Shown here piece after piece: positions 19,334 through 29,273 of a stretch of 64,000 bases of DNA. Source of the stretch: an uncultured delta proteobacterium. Its GTDB lineage: Bacteria; Myxococcota; Kuafuiibacteriia; Kuafuiibacteriales; Kuafuiibacteriaceae. How positions within the stretch are numbered: the stretch's first letter is position 1; each line of letters starts with the position of its first letter. The notes below the pieces were generated by a model, which saw only the letters and a list, made by a program, of their open reading frames with translations, had not been told where the DNA came from and ran no database searches. The position numbers and the translations under genes were made by a program. Location: assembly GCA_963803435.1 (NCBI GenBank), contig CAWDML010000001.1:2240001-2304000 (forward strand), given 5' to 3'.

Positions 19334-20890
19334 TCAGGGACCGCACACGTACTCGACGAGCGTCCTGACCCCGAACCCGGTGCCGCCCTTCGGGACGTAG
19401 GCCCCCTCCTTGGTGGAGAGGACCGGGCCGGCGATGTCGAGGTGGGCCCACTTGGTCCCCACTTCGACGAACTCCTGGAGGAAGAGCGCGGCGGTGATGG
19501 CGCCGCCGTAGCGCTCGCCGATGTTCTTCAGGTCTGCCACGTCGCTCTTGAGCTGCTCGCGAAGATCCTGTTCGAGCGGCATCCGCCAGAACCGCTCACC
19601 GCTGCGCTTCCACGCCGCCTCGAGCTTGGCGGCGAGCTCCTCGTCGTTGATGAAGGCGCCGGCGACGCCACGCCCGAGCGCGACCATACAGGCGCCGGTG
19701 AGCGTGGCCAGGTCGATCAGCTCGGTGGGCTTGAGCTCCTGCGCATACGCGAGGACATCGGCGAGGACCAGCCGGCCCTCCGCGTCCGTGTTGAGCACCT
19801 CGACCGTGAGACCCTTCTTGGAGCGGATGATGTCGCCCGGCCGGATCGCGCCGCCGTCGGGCATGTTCTCGGCGGCGCCGATGATGCCGTGGACGACGCA
19901 GTCGGGCTTGATCAGCGAGATGCTGTGGAGCGCGCCGATCACGGCGGCACCGCCACCCATGTCGACCTTCATCTCCATCATGCCCTCGCTGCTCTTGAGC
20001 GAGAGCCCGCCGGCGTCGAACGTGATCCCTTTCCCGGCCAGTACCAGCACCCGTGCGTCCTTCTCCACCTCGGGCGGTTGATACGTGAGATGGATCAGCC
20101 GGGGCTCGTTCTTGCTCCCCCGGCCGACGCCGAGGTGCAGGTTCATCCCCTGCCGCTCGAGATCGCGCGCGTTGAGGATCTTGATCTGGAGCTCGTCGCT
20201 CTTCGCCATCCGGCGCGCGCGGTCGGCCAGCTCGAGCGGGGAGAGGATGTTCGGCGGTGCGTTGACGAGATCGCGGGCAATCGCGACCCCGGCGGCCACG
20301 TTCTGTCCCCGGACCAAGGCAGCGCGAAGATCGGCGCCCTTCAGGCCGCGGACGTCCTCGGCCTGGAACGCGACGCGAAGCTCCTTGAGCGACGGAACCT
20401 TGACCTCGCGGGTGCGATAATCATCGTAGGAGTACGCACCGAGCTCGGCACCTTCGGTGAGCGCACGGATCAGATCGAGGACCGGCTCGGGTGCCTCCGC
20501 CTCGTAGGAGATCGACAGCTGGATCGTCGCCGAGCGGGCGCCGACCCTCTGTGCGGTCCGCGACATCTGACCGCCGTAGCGCCGCAGCGACTCGGGCGAG
20601 AACGAGTCTTTTTCTCCGAATCCGAAGACCAAGATGCGCTTCGCAGGGATCTGGCCCCCGGCGTTGAAGACCAGCGTCTGACCGGAGCTGCCCTTGAACT
20701 CCTCCTCCCGACAGGCGCGCTCGAGGGCCCCCTCCAGCGCACGATTGAGATCGGAGAAGGCCAGTCCGCGGTCGGGCTCATCGGAGAAGACGCCGATCGC
20801 GATGAGGTCGGTGGGCGCTTCGCGCAGCTCGTCGGTATAGAGCGTGACCCGCACCGGCGTCGTTATCCTCCGGCCTGAAAACGCTGACAA
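19334..20890 (-). CDS. pepA: Leucyl aminopeptidase (M17); true start may be GTG 20854
   Basis: GKGITFDAGGLSLK, MKVDMGG, NTDAEGRL, ATLTGA and HLDIAG motifs. Confidence 0.95.
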   Translation of the reverse strand: MSAFSGRRITTPVRVTLYTDELREAPTDLIAIGVFSDEPDRGLAFSDLNRALEGALERACREEEFKGSSGQTLVFNAGGQIPAKRILVFGFGEKDSFSPESLRRYGGQMSRTAQRVGARSATIQLSISYEAEAPEPVLDLIRALTEGAELGAYSYDDYRTREVKVPSLKELRVAFQAEDVRGLKGADLRAALVRGQNVAAGVAIARDLVNAPPNILSPLELADRARRMAKSDELQIKILNARDLERQGMNLHLGVGRGSKNEPRLIHLTYQPPEVEKDARVLVLAGKGITFDAGGLSLKSSEGMMEMKVDMGGGAAVIGALHSISLIKPDCVVHGIIGAAENMPDGGAIRPGDIIRSKKGLTVEVLNTDAEGRLVLADVLAYAQELKPTELIDLATLTGACMVALGRGVAGAFINDEELAAKLEAAWKRSGERFWRMPLEQDLREQLKSDVADLKNIGERYGGAITAALFLQEFVEVGTKWAHLDIAGPVLSTKEGAYVPKGGTGFGVRTLVEYVCGP

Positions 20891-20940
20891 GAGGCACGAG
20901 TTGCGGCCAAAACGAGCCCGCTGCTACCATCTCCGACATC

Positions 20941-22923
20941 TTGCAGCACCGGTGGATGACGCTGCTCTTCCTGGTCCTCGCCCCCGCGATCGCGCGCGGC
21001 GAATCCCTCACGGCGGAGGAGAAGAAGATCGTCGCGGCGCGCGTCGACAATCTGATCGCGGCCTCACCGAAGATCACGATCAGCCCCGGCGAAACCGCCT
21101 TCATGGTGAAGAAGAAGTCGGTGAGCAAGGCCGCGCTCCGGCACCGGGAGCTGGAATACGAAGCGATCGTCACCGGCGTGTCCACGCCCAAGGGTGTCGT
21201 CGTCCATCCGCGTGTCGACGAGGTCCACTTCGAGCCCAAGGGCGCCGACGTCGACGTCGTCTTCCGCTACACGATCCACGTCGACCCGGGCAGCCGGGGC
21301 GGCGGGCGCGTGCAGTTCACGCTCAAGCTCATCGAGCGGACCGGGCTCGCCAACACGGTCGCCACGCTGAAGGTCGCGCAGGTGGTCAACATCGGCCCGC
21401 CCACGAAGCCGACGCCCAAGCAGCTGGCCGCCGACTTCCACGCCTACCGCTACTACGGCGGGCACGCGCGCGCACGCTCCGATCGCCTGGGCGGCGCGGG
21501 CATCAAGGTCTCGATGCAGGATCTCGCGCCGCCGCCGCTCCTCGACAAGCTCGAGGACAAGGGCGCGCGGGAGGTGTTCCGCTTCCTCCGCGAGCGAACG
21601 CGGATGTGGATCGCGCACCGACACCTGATCGCCGCCTCCCAGAGCGGAGATGCCGGCGTGCGAAAGATCGCCGACGGGTTCCTGGCCAACCTGGGCAAGC
21701 GGCCGGAGGACATGAAGGGCCTCCCGGACGCCACGCTCACCGATCGGGCCGCCGAGCCGCCCCCGCCCCCGCCGGCCGAAGGGAAGGTCGAGACGCTCGA
21801 GCCGACCGCGGTCGAGCCGGCGCCCGGCGCCGAAGGCGGCAAGGACGAGAGCAGCTTGAAGCCGGTCGCGAGCTACGAGCCGGGCTCGGAGGGCGACGAG
21901 GAGCCCACCGACCTGCCCGACTCGAGCCGCCCCCGCGAGCCCGACGACAAGCGCGGGCCGGCCGTCGCGCCGGTGAAGCCGGGCGAAGGCGTGGGGACGC
22001 CCCCAGCGGACGATCGGCCCCGGCCGGAGGCCTCGCTCGAGCTCTCGGACGATCCGTTCGCCGCCCGCCAGCTCCGCAAGGTGGTCTACATCCCCGGCTA
22101 CAACCGCGGGCTCGTGCTCGACGATCCGAACATTGCGCACGGCGCCGCGATCCGGCTCGAGTGGGCGAACGTGACCTTCCAGGAGTCGGCGATCGCCGCG
22201 GCCTTCTTCTTCGAAGGGCAAGTCGCGTTGACACGGCAGCTCGGCGTCGAGCTCAAGATCCCGGTGGAGTTCGTGGATCTCGATCTCGAGGGCTCCCGCA
22301 ACGTCTTCACGATGGGCAACCCGTTGCTGGCCGCGAAGTACCGCCTGTATCTCCCCGAGGTGATCGGACGGCGGCCGGCCCTGACCCTGCGGGCCCGCTG
22401 GGCGCTCCCGATCTCACCGCTCCACAACGTCCCGCCCACGGGCCTGGGCGCCGAGACCTTCACGCGCGAGGCGCACTTCGCGGATACCTACGCCTTCTTC
22501 CTCGAGAAGACGGCGCTCGGCCTCGGCTTCAACCTCGCGTGGCAATGGGAGTTCATCTACGCCGGCGTACAGTTCTACACCGACTACTTCTTCCCCATCT
22601 CGGGAGCCGCCGATCGCGCGAAGTTCTTCACGCTCAACTACGGCTTCTCTCTGGGCGCGCTCCCGTTCGGCGACATCGTGGGTGCATACGTCGAGGCGCG
22701 CGCCGCCAGCCTGCTCTACGGCCCGCGGCGGACCGAGTTCTTCATGTACTTCGGTGTTCGGGCCAAGCTGCTCGAATACTTCGAGCCCGGTGTCTGGGTC
22801 GGCCTCCCCCTCGGATCGGTCGCCAACGTCAGCGGCGTCCAGTTCGGCGGCGAGCTCCGCTTCTCCTATGACCTCGCGGACATCCTCGACTCGGGCACGC
22901 TGACCCGCCGAGACGGACCCTGA
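20941..22923 (+). CDS. Secreted hypothetical protein with Pro/Glu-rich linker and C-terminal beta-barrel-like domain
   Basis: Signal peptide (ARG-E); PPPPPP linker; aromatic-rich alternating strands at the C-terminus; upstream TTGCGG-18 nt-TACCAT promoter-like sequence. Confidence 0.7.
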   Translation: MQHRWMTLLFLVLAPAIARGESLTAEEKKIVAARVDNLIAASPKITISPGETAFMVKKKSVSKAALRHRELEYEAIVTGVSTPKGVVVHPRVDEVHFEPKGADVDVVFRYTIHVDPGSRGGGRVQFTLKLIERTGLANTVATLKVAQVVNIGPPTKPTPKQLAADFHAYRYYGGHARARSDRLGGAGIKVSMQDLAPPPLLDKLEDKGAREVFRFLRERTRMWIAHRHLIAASQSGDAGVRKIADGFLANLGKRPEDMKGLPDATLTDRAAEPPPPPPAEGKVETLEPTAVEPAPGAEGGKDESSLKPVASYEPGSEGDEEPTDLPDSSRPREPDDKRGPAVAPVKPGEGVGTPPADDRPRPEASLELSDDPFAARQLRKVVYIPGYNRGLVLDDPNIAHGAAIRLEWANVTFQESAIAAAFFFEGQVALTRQLGVELKIPVEFVDLDLEGSRNVFTMGNPLLAAKYRLYLPEVIGRRPALTLRARWALPISPLHNVPPTGLGAETFTREAHFADTYAFFLEKTALGLGFNLAWQWEFIYAGVQFYTDYFFPISGAADRAKFFTLNYGFSLGALPFGDIVGAYVEARAASLLYGPRRTEFFMYFGVRAKLLEYFEPGVWVGLPLGSVANVSGVQFGGELRFSYDLADILDSGTLTRRDGP

Positions 22924-22934
22924 TAGAGTAGGAA

Positions 22935-24344
22935 GTGGACATGCGACTCACCCGCCTGCTCCTGGTTTTCGGCTCCCTCACCTTCGCGGCGGGCATGACC
23001 GCCCTCCTGCTGGTCCAGCCGGCGTGCTCGCCCGGGCAATGCACCCAGAGCCGCATCGATCCCAATACGCCGAGCTCCGCGCTCGAGTGCGCCGCCGGCC
23101 TGCTGTGCTACCAGGGCCAGTGCATCAAGGCCTGCAACGCCGGTCAGGAGGGCGCGCAGCAATGCGGCGGTGACGGCGATTGCGACGGCACCCGTCCGCA
23201 CTGCATCGACGGCTACTGCTCCGCCTGCGACAACAACGAGTTCTGCGTGCCGACGCTGAACATCTGCCAGGCCGTCAGCGAGATCGATCTGACCATGATC
23301 CCCGTCCCGCCGCCCCCGCCGACCGGAGCGCCGAAGCCGCCGGCGCCGCTGGACGGCGGCTGGATCGACGGCGGGCTCCGGCTGGACAAGGACGCCGGCG
23401 AGGACGTGCCGGTCGACGCCGTGGTCACCCACGCGGGCCTGGTCGACGTCGCGCAGATCGAGGATTACTTCACCAACGGAACGCTCACCAAGAAGTCGAA
23501 GGTGCTGGTCAGGATGCACTACGTCGGGGGCGTCACGGAGCCGGGGCTGATCTGGCGCGTCGATCCCTGGGACGACGTGGGCGGCGGCTATGATCCCGCC
23601 ACCGAGACCGCGATCGAAGAGGCGCTCGGCGAGGACTGCACGCTCAACTACCTGCGGACGTACACCGGGACGATCACGCTGCCCCAGGTGGACCTGGGCG
23701 ACGTGGTGGTCGAGGACGCGCCCGGGTTCGCAGGCTCCATCTCGAATCACTTCGATGTGCCGTGGGACGACGTCAACGACGACGGCTACGCTGCACCCGC
23801 CCCCACGCCGCCGCCGGCGAACCTCCTGGTCTTCTCGAAGCTCCTCCCCCAGTCGGAGCCGCACTTCATCAGCATCGCCGCCACCCAGTCCGGTCTCGCG
23901 GGCGCATGGCCGAACCCGACCCCTGAGAACGGCGAGCACGTCCCCTTCGAGCTGGTCCCCAGCGCCGACACGCTCACCATGCTCACGAGCGGTGTCACCC
24001 TCGATCTCGCCACGCCGGCGGATCTCGTCGTCCGCTGGGACCGCATCGCCGCCGGCTCGGTCAACGGTGAGGCGGTTGTCCTCCGCTTCCGCGGCCCCAA
24101 CTACGAGGTGCACTGCGAGAAGACCGAGGGCCTGATGGTCGACGGCGCCATCATCGTGAAGGCGGGCCTGCTCCGCTCGTTCATCATGCACCAGGGCGTC
24201 ACCCCCGGCACGACGATCCCGCTCTACTTCGAGCGCCGTTTCGCCCGCCGCACCGACGTGATCCCGACCGACCCCACGACGGAGGTCATCGACCTCTCCG
24301 TCCGCGTGCGGCACACGCTCGTCGGCACGCTTCGGTTCCAGTGA
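22935..24344 (+). CDS. Cys-rich secreted or lipoprotein-like hypothetical protein
   Basis: Hydrophobic N-terminus ending QPAC; Cys-rich module (CAAGLLCYQGQCIKAC...CIDGYCSAC); RBS AGGA upstream. Confidence 0.7.
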   Translation: MDMRLTRLLLVFGSLTFAAGMTALLLVQPACSPGQCTQSRIDPNTPSSALECAAGLLCYQGQCIKACNAGQEGAQQCGGDGDCDGTRPHCIDGYCSACDNNEFCVPTLNICQAVSEIDLTMIPVPPPPPTGAPKPPAPLDGGWIDGGLRLDKDAGEDVPVDAVVTHAGLVDVAQIEDYFTNGTLTKKSKVLVRMHYVGGVTEPGLIWRVDPWDDVGGGYDPATETAIEEALGEDCTLNYLRTYTGTITLPQVDLGDVVVEDAPGFAGSISNHFDVPWDDVNDDGYAAPAPTPPPANLLVFSKLLPQSEPHFISIAATQSGLAGAWPNPTPENGEHVPFELVPSADTLTMLTSGVTLDLATPADLVVRWDRIAAGSVNGEAVVLRFRGPNYEVHCEKTEGLMVDGAIIVKAGLLRSFIMHQGVTPGTTIPLYFERRFARRTDVIPTDPTTEVIDLSVRVRHTLVGTLRFQ

Positions 24345-24359
24345 CCCGGGTGTCCGTCT

Positions 24360-25440
24360 TCAGAGCACCAGGAAGACAATCAGCGCCACCGCGCCGAAGA
24401 GGAACAGACCGCCCAGCAGCAGGATCATCGAGATCCCAACCGACGCCCTTCTTGGTCGCGTTCTGGATCTCGGCGTTGACCTTCTGGATCTCCGGATCGT
24501 CCGCGGGCGCCTCGAGCTCGGCCTCGGCTTCGGACTCCAGCTCGGGCTCGGGCACCGCGGAGGCTTCGTCCATCAGGCCGCTGTCCTCGCCGCCGTCGTC
24601 CTCGTAGCCCGGCTCGGGAGCCTCGTCGACGGCGTTGCCGCTGATCGCCTCGGTCTGCGCGTCGAGGCCGCCCATCTGATCGAGCAGGCGGGAGGGCGGG
24701 TCGATGAAGGTGAGCTTCACGCCGCCGATCTGGAGCTCGTCGCCGTCCTTGATCAGCTTGACGCCCTCGATGCGCTTCTCGTTGACGAGGACGCCGTTCT
24801 TGCTGCCGAGATCCTGCGCCGTGTATCCGTCCCAGCTCCGCTTGATGAGGCAGTGGCGCCTGGAGATGTTCTGGTCGTTGAGTGGGAAGTCGCAGTCCGG
24901 GCTGCGTCCGATCGTGATCTCGGAGATGCTCTCGTCGAACTCGAAGCGGCGGCCCTCCTCGGTCCCATTCATCACTCGGAGCACCGTCGCGTCCATCTTG
25001 CCATCGAGGGACGACAGGACCTCCTGCACCATGCGGCGGGCGAGCTGCTCGGTCTTCTCGCCGGGCTGCCGATCGAGCGCGGTACCAGCGGAGGTCTTGA
25101 AGGTGATACTGAACGACATCACGGCGATCCGATCGCCGTCGCGCAGCAAGCACTTCTCTCCCTTGCCGAGGCGCCGGCCGTTGTGCTCCGTGCCGTGCGT
25201 CGAGCCGAGATCCTCGAGGAAGTAGTCACCCATCTCGAAGAAGATGCGAGCGTGGCGCCGGGAGACGGTCGTGAGCGGGATCTGGATGTCGCTGCTGGGG
25301 TCCCTCCCCAGCGAGATCACGCTCTGGCTGAAGTCATAGGAGAACTCGCGCTCCGGCTTGTCCGGGAGCTGGAGACGGACCAGGAGATGCACCGGAGGTG
25401 CCGCTCTGCCGCCTGCGCCCTGCATTACCGGCTCTCCCAT
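24360..25440 (-). CDS. Tandem-FHA domain protein with C-terminal TM helix (frameshift at ~24430)
   Basis: Two canonical FHA domains (LGRD...VSRRH...GSTHGT; IGRS...ISRRH...GSKNG); removing one base near 24430 restores MILLLGGLFLFGAVALIVFLVL-stop. Confidence 0.85.
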
Positions 25441-25454
25441 AGAGCGGTGGTCCG

Positions 25455-26600
25455 CTACTCCATCTCCAGCTTCTTGACGAGGTCTTTGCACTGCGAGACC
25501 TCGTCGGCCCACTTCGGTGAGGGCTGGTCCTTGTTCACCTCGGTGGCGCAGGAGACGAAGTCCTGGCAGCGCTTGATGGTCAAGCTGGTGTCCAGTGTCT
25601 TGTTCGCGTACATGGCCAGCTCGAAGTACGCGCGGCAGTAGAGCGGATCGAGCTTCACCGTATTCTCCCACTCGTTGACGGCCTGATCCGGGAGCCCCTT
25701 CTCCGCGTAGATGCTGCCGAGATCGTAGTGGTGGGTCGGGTTGCCGGGGTCCGACTTGATCTTGTCGAGGAACTCCTTGATGGCCCCGTCGTTCTTGGCG
25801 CACAGCTCGTAGGCCACGCCGAGGTTTTGTCTCGCGCCGATGCTCACCTCGCTGTCCACGCCTCCGCCCCGCAGCGCCCCGATGAACGCCTGGATCGCGT
25901 CCGAGCACCGGGCGGTCTTCAGGTAGGTGTTGCCGAGATTGTAGCTGCAGTTGGGGTTCTCGGGATCGATCTCCAGGCAACGCTTGAAGTTCTGCTCGGC
26001 GGATTCGTAGTGGTCCTCCACCAGGTCCATGAACCCGAGGTGATGTCGGGCGTTGAAGTTGTTGGGGTTCATCTCGAGCAGCCGGATGAAATGGCTCCGC
26101 GCCTCTTTGTACAGCTCGGTCCGCTTGGCCACGTCGCCCTTGTCGCCCAGGATCGTACCTTGGCGCATCAAGCACATCCCGTAGTTCTCGCGGGCGTCGA
26201 AGTATCCGGGGTCGATCTCGATGGCCGCCTTGAACTCGTCGCAGGCGGCGTCGTAGTCCGGCGGATTCCTTCGGAAGAACACCGAGCCCAGGTTGTTGTG
26301 GGCCTCCGCGAAGTCGGGGTTGACCGACAGGGCGTCCTTGAAGTGCTGGGCCGCCTTCTCGAGGTCGTTATGGCAGATGAGCTCGACCATCCCCAGACAG
26401 TTGTGCGGGTGCTCGAAGTTCGGCCCGTACTCCAGCGCGAGTCGGCAGCTCTCCTCCGCCTGCACACACTGGCCGTTGTTGAGGTACTCGATCCCCAGGT
26501 CGTGACGCTTGATCGCTTCGGGGTGGACCGAGTTGTCGATGCAGGTCGCGCAGTGCGCGCACATCAGGGTCAAGAAGAGGCCCATGAGGAGGCGTTTCAT
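25455..26600 (-). CDS. Cys-rich TPR lipoprotein, Tgl/PilF-like
   Basis: Signal peptide with Cys; about 8 TPRs (AEAHNNLG, ARENYG, CSYNLG, ARQNLG) with paired Cys residues. Confidence 0.75.
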   Translation of the reverse strand: MKRLLMGLFLTLMCAHCATCIDNSVHPEAIKRHDLGIEYLNNGQCVQAEESCRLALEYGPNFEHPHNCLGMVELICHNDLEKAAQHFKDALSVNPDFAEAHNNLGSVFFRRNPPDYDAACDEFKAAIEIDPGYFDARENYGMCLMRQGTILGDKGDVAKRTELYKEARSHFIRLLEMNPNNFNARHHLGFMDLVEDHYESAEQNFKRCLEIDPENPNCSYNLGNTYLKTARCSDAIQAFIGALRGGGVDSEVSIGARQNLGVAYELCAKNDGAIKEFLDKIKSDPGNPTHHYDLGSIYAEKGLPDQAVNEWENTVKLDPLYCRAYFELAMYANKTLDTSLTIKRCQDFVSCATEVNKDQPSPKWADEVSQCKDLVKKLEME

Positions 26601-26706
26601 CGGCGTGGTGCTGATTGTCTCTCGTCGACCCTCGAGGGAGTCAACCTCTGGCAGTGACGGCAAAAGCCCGACCTTCGCTCGCTCGCGGCGGACTTGCTAA
26701 GGTAGC

Positions 26707-27246
26707 ATGAGGTCGGAAATGCGGCTTCTCCTGCCCCTCCTCCTCACCCTCGCCTCCCTCTGTTTCGTCCCTCGCGACGCCCGAGCGCAGTACAAGAACG
26801 CACAGCTGGGCTTCGAGGTGGGTTACGGCTTCTACGCCCCCGATCTGCTGCTCGACGAGCATCACCTGGAGGTCGGGCTGCGCGGCGCCTTCAAGGCCGA
26901 GGATCACTTCTGGTTCTCGGCCCGGGGCCTGCTGTCCTTTCGCGGAGAGCCGATCAGCGAGCGGACGGTCGTGGTCTTGCACCTGACGCCGGTGGCCGTC
27001 CGGTACTACGTGCTGACCGACACCTTCCGGCCGTTCGTCGGGGTCACCAACGCCTTTCAGTTCCTCTTCAACAGCGCGCTCGGCACCCGCGTGTTCTGGG
27101 GTCCGGGTGCGGAGGTGGGGGCGGAGTTCAAGCTCTCTCGGGACATCTTCCTCGGTATTCAGGCCGATGCGCTCTACATGTTCGTGTTCCAGGGTAAAGA
27201 CGATCCGATGCTCACGGTGACCGCCCAGCTCAACTTCTTCTTGTGA
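26707..27246 (+). CDS. Small outer-membrane beta-barrel protein
   Basis: Signal peptide ARA-Q; about 8 amphipathic strands (FRPFVG, GAEVGAEF); aromatic C-terminus LNFFL. Confidence 0.75.
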   Translation: MRSEMRLLLPLLLTLASLCFVPRDARAQYKNAQLGFEVGYGFYAPDLLLDEHHLEVGLRGAFKAEDHFWFSARGLLSFRGEPISERTVVVLHLTPVAVRYYVLTDTFRPFVGVTNAFQFLFNSALGTRVFWGPGAEVGAEFKLSRDIFLGIQADALYMFVFQGKDDPMLTVTAQLNFFL

Positions 27247-27247
27247 C

Positions 27248-27883
27248 ATGCACGCATGGGCATTTGCAGGTTTGCTTGCATGGGCCGCCGGATGCGGCGT
27301 GCGCACCGATCCGGGCTTTGGGACCAGGACCCTGTTCGTGACGGCCGAGATCTCCGGGAAACCCGACAGCACCGCGATCGAGATCGAGATCGAGGCCGCC
27401 GGCAACCCGGTGATCGGGGCCAACGTCGTGTTGAAGGACCTCGATCGGAAGAAGACGGCCACCGCCGAGTCCGAATCCTCCGGCCTGTACCGCACCACCC
27501 TCGAAGGTTATGCGCGCGCGCTCTCGCTGCGCATCGTGTCGGGCGACGACCACCTCGAGGCGAAGCTCGAAGGCCCCGCGCCCCACACCATCGTGTATCC
27601 ATTGAACGACGCCATGCTCACCCGCCAGGGCGTCGACCAGCTGTTGATCCGCTGGGAGGCCGAGGATCACGCCGAGTCGGTCGAGGTCGTGCCGCAAGGA
27701 TCTGAGAAGGTCGAGCTCGACGGGGATCCGCACCAGACCCGCATCCCCCTCGAAGGCCTCGAGAATGGGCTTCACAAGGTCACCGTCACCCGGTCGAACA
27801 GCGTCGAGCTGCGCGGCGGCACCACCGGCTCGCGCATGAGGACGCGCTATACGGTGGACAATCACTTTCATCTCGAGGGATAA
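27248..27883 (+). CDS. Lipoprotein, hypothetical
   Basis: Lipobox AAGC; beta-rich mature part; starts 1 nt after the upstream stop. Confidence 0.7.
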   Translation: MHAWAFAGLLAWAAGCGVRTDPGFGTRTLFVTAEISGKPDSTAIEIEIEAAGNPVIGANVVLKDLDRKKTATAESESSGLYRTTLEGYARALSLRIVSGDDHLEAKLEGPAPHTIVYPLNDAMLTRQGVDQLLIRWEAEDHAESVEVVPQGSEKVELDGDPHQTRIPLEGLENGLHKVTVTRSNSVELRGGTTGSRMRTRYTVDNHFHLEG

Positions 27884-27896
27884 CGACCGCGCCGTC

Positions 27897-28298
27897 ATGG
27901 CGCTTCGATCCAACATCGAGCTGGAGATGCGCCCCCTGCTCAAGGCTCTGCGCGCGCGGATCGAGAGCCTCGAGCACACGAGCAGCGTCAAGGACAAGCT
28001 CGAAGTCTTTGTTCGAGGCGAGATTCCGTTCCTCCAGCTCGAGATCCGGCGCGATCATCTGCTCCTGGATCTCTGGCTCCCGCCCGAGAAGCTCGAGGAC
28101 GCCCGCTCGTCGGGGATCGGACGTGCGCACCCGTTCATGGGGAGCGAGGCGGTCAAGGTCCGGTTCGAGCGCGCCGAGGATCTCACCCGCGTCGCGCGCT
28201 GGCTCGAGGACAGCTACGCCTACGCTGCGGAGCGCACGATGAGCATTCCGTCCGCGCCCGCAGACGACGACGAAACGAAGAGCTCGCGCAAGCACTGA
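27897..28298 (+). CDS. Hypothetical protein (DUF5655/YjbR-like fold possible)
   Basis: Well-formed ORF; C-terminal VARWLEDSYAYA resembles the tails of these families. Confidence 0.6.
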   Translation: MALRSNIELEMRPLLKALRARIESLEHTSSVKDKLEVFVRGEIPFLQLEIRRDHLLLDLWLPPEKLEDARSSGIGRAHPFMGSEAVKVRFERAEDLTRVARWLEDSYAYAAERTMSIPSAPADDDETKSSRKH

Positions 28299-28375
28299 CC
28301 CCCGCGACTCCCGGCCGTGCTGCGCCGGCCTGTTCAACCTCACCGCGTCTGGCCGCCGCTCCCGTAAGGCGTGCC

Positions 28376-29272
28376 TCAGAGCGCCCGCGTCTCGCCGATC
28401 GCCGCCACCCAGACCCGTTCGGGCGGAATGCCCGCCCGCGCCCGATGTTCCTCGAGCAGCCGCGGGGGCTCGTCGAGCGGCTCGTCGGTGAGCTTGAACG
28501 TGCCCCAGTGCATCGCGCACAGGAGCTCCGCACGCAGCGCCACGAACGCATTCACAGCGTCCTCCGGGTTCATGTGCTGCGAGCGCATGAACCACTCGGG
28601 ATCGTAGGCGCCGATGGGTAGAAGCGCGGCGTCGATGCCCGGATGACGCCGGCCGATCTCGGCGAAGCCGTCGAAGTAGGCGGTGTCGCCGGCGAAGTAG
28701 ACCTTCTTGCCCTCGCCCTCGATCACGTAGCCGCCCCACAGCGTGTCGTTGCGGTCGAAGGGACCGCGCTGCGACCAGTGCTGCGAAGGGACGAAGGTGA
28801 CGCGAAGATCGCCCACCGCCTCGGACTGCCACCACTCCATCTCCACCACGCGCCGGCACTTCCTCTTCGTGAAGAAGGACCCCAAGCCCATCGGTACCAG
28901 GTAGGTCGCCTCCGGTCCGATCCGTCCGATCGTGGGCGCATCCAGATGATCACGATGGTTGTGCGAGACCAAGACCACGTCTGGCGAAGCCTGATCGATC
29001 GACATCGGCGGACGCACGTTGCGCGTGATCCCGGGGCCGAGCGTCTCCGACCAGACCGGGTCGGTGACGATCGAGCGGCCGCACAGCCGCACCAGCCAGG
29101 TCGCGTGACCGATCCAGGTGAGGGAGGCCGCGCGCGCGATCAGCCCGAAGTCCGGGACCTGCACCGGCACCTCGGCACGCTTGGGGGCGGGCCGGCGTCG
29201 CCGGCTCATCCACTTCAGGACCGTTGCGAGGCTGTGCGGTTCGTACTGGGGCTCGAGGTTCCGGTACCGCAC
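28376..29272 (-). CDS. MBL-fold metallo-hydrolase (NAPE-PLD/RomA-like)
   Basis: TWIGHA, TDPVWS, SHNHRDHLD, QHWSQR, YFAGDT, LPIGAY, HMNPEDA and HWGTF. Confidence 0.93.
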   Translation of the reverse strand: MRYRNLEPQYEPHSLATVLKWMSRRRRPAPKRAEVPVQVPDFGLIARAASLTWIGHATWLVRLCGRSIVTDPVWSETLGPGITRNVRPPMSIDQASPDVVLVSHNHRDHLDAPTIGRIGPEATYLVPMGLGSFFTKRKCRRVVEMEWWQSEAVGDLRVTFVPSQHWSQRGPFDRNDTLWGGYVIEGEGKKVYFAGDTAYFDGFAEIGRRHPGIDAALLPIGAYDPEWFMRSQHMNPEDAVNAFVALRAELLCAMHWGTFKLTDEPLDEPPRLLEEHRARAGIPPERVWVAAIGETRAL

Positions 29273-29273
29273 G

